From positions 33,294,001 to 33,358,000 of the forward strand of contig NC_079167.1 of NCBI RefSeq assembly GCF_947568905.1: 64,000 bases of DNA. Direction: 5' to 3'. Source of the stretch: Ostrea edulis. Taxonomy: Eukaryota. Both the position numbers and the translations under genes were made by a program. The notes beneath the pieces are model-generated. The model was not told where the DNA came from and ran no database searches. It was given only the letters and a program-made list of their open reading frames with translations. Shown in pieces: positions 58,549-64,000 of this stretch. Positions within the stretch are counted from its first letter, which is position 1; each line of letters opens with the position of its first letter.

Positions 58549-59475
58549 AGACAGCCACACACGACGAACTACCGAGACAGCCACAACTAGATGTCTATAA
58601 GATTAGACATAATGGACAGTCACACATGACGAACTACCGAGACAGACACAACTAGATGTGTATAAAATTAGACATAATGGACAGTCACACATGACGAACT
58701 ACCGAGACAGACACAACTAGATGTCTATAAAATTAGACATTATAGACAGTCACACATGAGAAATACCGAGACAGCCACAACTAGATGTCTATAAGATTAG
58801 TCATTATAGACAGCCACACACAACGAATTACCGAGACAGCCACAACTAGATGTCTATAAAATTAGACATTATAGACAGTCACACATGACGGACTACCGAG
58901 ACAGTCACAACTAGATGTCTATAAGATTAGACATTATAGACAGTCACAACTAGATGTCTATAAGATTAGACATTATAGACAGTCACACATGACGAACTAT
59001 CGAGACATCCACAACTAGATGTCTATAAAATTAGACATTATAGACAACCACACATGACGAACTACCGAGACAGCCACAACTAGATGTCTATAAAATTAGA
59101 CATTATAGAGAGTCACACATGACGAACTACCAAGACAGATACAACTAGATGTCTATAAGATTAGACATTATAGAGAGTCACACATGACGAACTATCAAGA
59201 CAGATACAACTAGATGTCTATAAGATTAGACATTATAGAGAGTCACACATGACGAACTACCGAGACAGCCACAACTAGATGTCTATAAGATTATACATTA
59301 TAGACATTCACACTTGTCGAACTACCGAGACAGTCACAACTAGATGTCTATAAGATTATACATTATAGACAGTCACACATGACGAACTACCGAGACATCC
59401 ATAACTAGATGTCTATAAGATTAGACATTATAGACATTCACACATGACGAACTATCGAGACATCCATAACTAGTA
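58549..59475. repeat. ~65-bp minisatellite x~14
   Basis: Unit gacagtcacacatgacgaactaccgagacagccacaactagatgtctataagattagacattata, with one internally deleted unit. Confidence 0.93.
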
Positions 59476-59689
59476 GATGTTCGTTAGACACAATTTAGGT
59501 AGACACACGCGGTGAACTAACGTGCATATGACATATAGACCGTATTAAGTCTTACCTCTATGCTGCTTTGAATAATACAGGTATTTTTATATTAATCATT
59601 TTATGAACGTAGAAATTATGGAACGTGATTAACTAAGTTATTTGATGCCAGACTTTCTTACAAAGTCAATGGACATTTCTATCATTGTG

Positions 59690-60100
59690 ATTTCACAAGG
59701 TTACATTGACCAAGGGATTTTTATGATAGAAATGACAATTTTTTTTCTCTCCAGGAGAACTCGAACCCAGATTTTTAGGCTAGAAATGACGACGTTTTTC
59801 TCCAGGATAACTCGTACCCAGATTTATCCGATAAAATGACAAAGTTTTTCCCCCTGGAGAACTCGTACTCAGATTTTTATAATAAAATTGACAAAGTTTT
59901 TCTCTAGGAGAACTCGTACCCATATTTTTATTTGGTAAATTGACAAAGTTTTTCTCCGGGAGAACTCATACCTAAATATTGATGGGTACAACTTCTCTTG
60001 GAGAACTCGTACCCGGGTACGAGTTGTCCTGGAGAAGTCGTAACCGGGTACAACTTCTCCAGGAGAACTCGTACCCAAATTTACGAGTTCTCCAGAAGTA
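59690..60100. mobile_element. Partial copy of the gagaactcgtaccca foldback MITE
   Basis: Same sub-repeats as 11927-12413; ends gagttctccagaagt as that copy does. Confidence 0.75.
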
Positions 60101-61055
60101 ACAAAATTTACATTTCCTGTGTTTTGTCTTTGATATCTTTACAAATTGTAAAGATCGTCATTTCCTCATGAATGCACTGCTGTTATAGACAATGTGCGTA
60201 TGAATCTTGATTAAAAATAGTATGTCTGTTTTAACGACTGGAAATTCCGACAGAAATGGAAGTAGAATGTAAATATAAGAATTGGAAACAAACGCGTTAG
60301 CGCTACGTGAAGTATTCCGGCGTGACGCGTCGCAGGTTATACCCTCATGTATTTTCAAAAATTAAATGTATTTCATTATCATTATGTTATAATTTTCATC
60401 CTCTAAATGAAGATTTCAATACACAATTTGCGGCTGTGCTGTTTACAGGAAGGTTTGCCCATGACTAAACATAAATCAGTACTATCTTTGATGAAGCACA
60501 AATTGAAATTTGTCTGTTCCAGTTAGGGGTCGTATAAATAGGGATCGGTTGATCGGTTGTAGTTTTCTTGCAACAGTCTAAACAAGCTACAACGATGTTT
60601 TGCCCACTTTGATTAACAATTTAAACATGCATGTAATATCAACACAGTGCTGATTAAATGCTCGTATTTGTTATTTTATTTTAGATCAAGCCCTTGTGAC
60701 CGTTTTTAATTTATTTTACGTACATGCATATTTAACGAGGTTTCCTCTTTATTCGATGCGGTGTCCTAAAGCTATTTCTAGCTTCCTTTACTGTAATCCT
60801 TTCATTTGCTTACTACCTGATTGGATTAAAGTATCCATTGAAACAAGTTTATTTCATCGATAAGGAATAAATGTTTCACAATTCCCTTCTTTAGTACTGT
60901 CATATATAAAGGGGCTGGGGACTGACACAACAGGAGCGGGCCTGAGTGACCACCAACATTACTCTTACAATAGAAGACATGAATAGAAGCATCAAGAAAA
61001 GAATGACGAGTGCAGTTTATTTATGTCTTGAATTGAAATAAACTGCATGACGCCG

Positions 61056-61112
61056 CAGTCTGACTAAAGCCAACCCCTACTAATTCAGGAGGGGCTGGCT
61101 GTAGTCAGACTG
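61056..61112. mobile_element. 57-bp micro-MITE (hairpin) with 10-bp TSD
   Basis: CAGTCTGACTAAAGCCAACCCCT-11 nt-AGGGGCTGGCTGTAGTCAGACTG flanked by CATGACGCCG direct repeats. The boundary could alternatively be 55 bp with a 12-bp TSD. Confidence 0.8.
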
Positions 61113-61299
61113 CATGACGCCGCAAGCTAGGAACACACTGACTCTATGCAGGTCCGGAACACCCACCGGCGTTTCGTGGACAGGTCTAACCTCTCAGGTA
61201 GACAAAATATGGCGCTTAATTCACTGTCGTGGATAATATTTAAATTTGGAATCTGCTGGTGGGTTTGTTACACATTTATTTTCGAAAACTGTATAGAAC

Positions 61300-61403
61300 T
61301 AGCTGTAGAACTGTAGCTCTGTGAAAAAATATTATGACAGAACAATCTCTAATCCGTCACAATATTTTTTTTTTTTTTTTAGAGAGCTACAGTTCTGCAG
61401 CTA
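61300..61403. mobile_element. 104-bp hairpin MITE with 9-bp TSD (AcademH-like termini)
   Basis: TAGCTGTAGAACTGTAGCTCT...AGAGCTACAGTTCTGCAGCTA; TSD GTATAGAAC at 61291-61299 and 61404-61412. Confidence 0.82.
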
Positions 61404-61731
61404 GTATAGAACACGCTTACATTTTCATAACTGAATATAAAAAATACAGTTATTTTTTCCAACTGATGGGGTACATTGTCTGTAAATGCATATCATGAAG
61501 GGTGATTCAGCTCGGACGTTTAGTCAATGTTTCCCATACACAGAACACGATAATAAAATCCTGTAATGTATAAAAATTCTCCATCGTCGGATCCTCACGG
61601 CCAATCTCGTCTTCTACTCATCACGAAGACGAGGTCAGCCGTGGGTATCCGACGATGAAAGTTCTACTGAAATCATTAATACTAGATGCGACCACCATTT
61701 TATTCAATATGCATCGCTAAAGCGTACCACT

Positions 61732-62045
61732 GGTCGCAGAAGTCTAGTGGTAAGGGCGCTCACTTTGTAACCAGGAGGGCCGGGTTCGCCGCTTGATCCC
61801 GACGGTGAGTCACACCTAAGACGTTTGACATAGATTGGTGATTGCTCCTTCCCCAAGCGCCCTGCCTTAGAAGTGAAAGTTACCGGTGAAGTGAAAGTTA
61901 CGGGTCTTACGGATGTGACTTTAAAAACGGAAGTCACGTGTCACTCTAGGCGTTGGCACGATAAAGAACCATTACTGCTACGGCCCTAATCGCCATACAC
62001 AGATCTATATCTACATCCTCGAATGGGATGTAAAACAATGCAAAA
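61732..62045 (+). mobile_element. tRNA-headed SINE (Meta/MESC-like core inferred)
   Basis: A-box-like agtctagtggtaagggcgc, B-box-like gggttcg; core acggatgtgactttaaaaacggaagtcacgtgtcac..ggcacgataaagaacc; A-rich tail. Confidence 0.65.
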
Positions 62046-62111
62046 ATTGTTTTAAGCGTTATAAAGCAAACACGATCATTCGTAGACAGCGAGTCTTCTC
62101 CGATGTTTTAT

Positions 62112-62375
62112 CCCGTGGGGATCCGGGTTAGGGGTTAGAATAGGTCCTCACTATCCTTTGCCTGTCGTAAGAGGCGACTAAATGGGGCGGTCCTTCGGAT
62201 GAGACCGCAAAAACCGAGGTCCCGTGTCACAACTGGTGTGGCACAATAAAGATCCCTCCCTGCTTAAAGGACATAAGCGCCGAGCATAGGCCTAAATTTT
62301 GCAGCCCTTCACCGCTAATGGTGACGTCTCCATGTGAGTGAAAAATTCTTGAGCAGTAAACAATATACAATTTAT
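62112..62375 (+). mobile_element. SINE-like repeat, full family copy
   Basis: cccgtggggatccggg..gtcgtaagaggcgactaaatggggcggtccttcggatgagaccgc..aaacaatatacaat. Confidence 0.85.
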
Positions 62376-64000
62376 CAACCAACCGATGTTTATCTAACCT
62401 GCCACTCCCCAAAAATTTGGATCCACTATCTTTGATGGAAGTAGTTGTCATGTTCTTGATGTTGCATTTATTGCCACCCGGTAAATTAAAATTCCCAACA
62501 CCTCTTCCAAGATATCATTACTTAGAGTCATGAGGCTCAACTAAACCCTTTCTTTTTCGCTTAATCTTGCTAATAAGCAGCCCAAGACGTAAAATCGAAT
62601 CCATGTTTCAGGAGTAAAGAATTTTATGACAATATCCAATAGCATACATTGACTTACTGACAGAAATACAATAAAACTGTTTCTGATGAAGAGGTCAATC
62701 TATTTACACTGCAGACTGTATTCACTTCCTGCATGCTTGTCATCTTGGATCTCCAGAGGAAAGCGAGTATAATAATTTTGAAAAAATCCACTAAAGTCTT
62801 TCAGGAAAACATATTTAATTTTATTATGTTACAAAGATGACACAATTTCTTGACTTCTTAACATAATCCTTGCTTGCCATTCGAAAATTTATAACTTCGG
62901 GTAAACATTTTTTTTTTCACCCAGGAAACGAGTCTTCACAATTTCCATGGAATATTTTCTAAAACAATTTTAGCCATATTTCATAAGATTACAAGTTGAC
63001 TTTTAAATACCAACAAACAGCATTTAAAAGATACACATGTTATAGAACCAGTGATGCACTACTAGGACGCCACGTCAAGTCACATAAAACGCCTGTCAAT
63101 GTTCTAGAATTGCCTTTGGAATTTAGAACAATTGATAAAATCAGTTTTAATTTTCTAGTTTTTGGCACGCCTTTCACTGTTTTACATGTTCACTTTTCAT
63201 ACGGGATGATAGAATTGACACTACCAGACAAGGTTTAAAACGTTGACGGGATCGAACAGTTGACCTTGAAGGGCGGTCCACTGCCCGCGTTATGCTGGAA
63301 AATCAGTCAGAAGAATCCATGTCCTGAAATCAGCGACTCTTTTTGGAAGGAAGAACCATAATTGTAGAAGTATATGTTAATTCTACATAAAAACTGAAAA
63401 TGCGGAAATACTGAAAATGTACAGAAGAAATTGAATAAACCTTTCACATTCCTATTAATTTTTCATGAAACTGTTGTGTTTTGTATTGAGTTGCATGATC
63501 TGGGCCCTGACATTAAGCACGACAGTGTAAATGTAGGTGGACATATTAATAAACATACCTAATAAATGTCAGTTTGGCAGTCAACTCCAAACCACGACAG
63601 GATATCATTAGCAAATGAAGGAACGCCATTTCAAACACCAATGTGACAAGGATGCAGTGAATCTGTAATTCTAATGAGGAGTAGTTCCCCTGTATATTAT
63701 GCATCAGAAAGGAATATTCTTTCCTTTAACATTTTTTTCTACAGCAAAATTGTAACGATGTAAACTCGTGTTCTTGAGATTGTTTCGTTTGTATTTTCTA
63801 ACATCAGCACATGATGACATTAATAACCAATGTGTGATTAAAATATAACAATGCAATTCATTGATGAATATAAATTACAGATGAGTATAAAAATCAGGAG
63901 GACACACATACAAGTGAAATATCACATTCTTTCAACATGTCAATTTCATTTTCTCCAGTTTACTTATATCATTTATTTGCGTCATATCAGAGTTTCTGTA

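Overview
Eukaryotic, AT-rich, intron-containing genomic DNA with no prokaryotic features. The repeat families (Helentron-associated HINEs with a ~168-bp satellite core, Naiad Penelope-like elements, SINEs) suggest a bivalve mollusc, probably an oyster; this is inference. I hand-assembled four gene models. (1) SGSM3/RUTBC3 (TBC-SH3-RUN) on +: 19 shared coding exons at 11107-24237, followed by THREE intact, paralogous alternative terminal exons (25356-25494, 26111-26246, 29648-29783), giving 802-803 aa isoforms. (2) A two-coding-exon secreted, strongly cationic 148-aa protein with an anaphylatoxin-like cysteine pattern (+, 46297-47913), which the ORF track does not show as a spliced gene. (3) A single-exon signal peptide/death-domain/TM protein of the TMDD1 type (+, 52218-52967). 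(4) The 5' exons of an unidentified minus-strand gene (2608 to 663). The rest is transposable elements and repeats: a near full-length decayed RTE LINE, two 5'-truncated Naiad-type PLE copies (one with two minisatellites grown from its own ORF), HINEs, SINEs, MITEs, AcademH-like foldback elements with 9-10 bp TSDs, hammerhead-like motifs in (TA)n tracts, and many minisatellites, one of which multiplies an SGSM3 splice donor seven-fold. All family assignments come from remembered motifs; no database searches were run.
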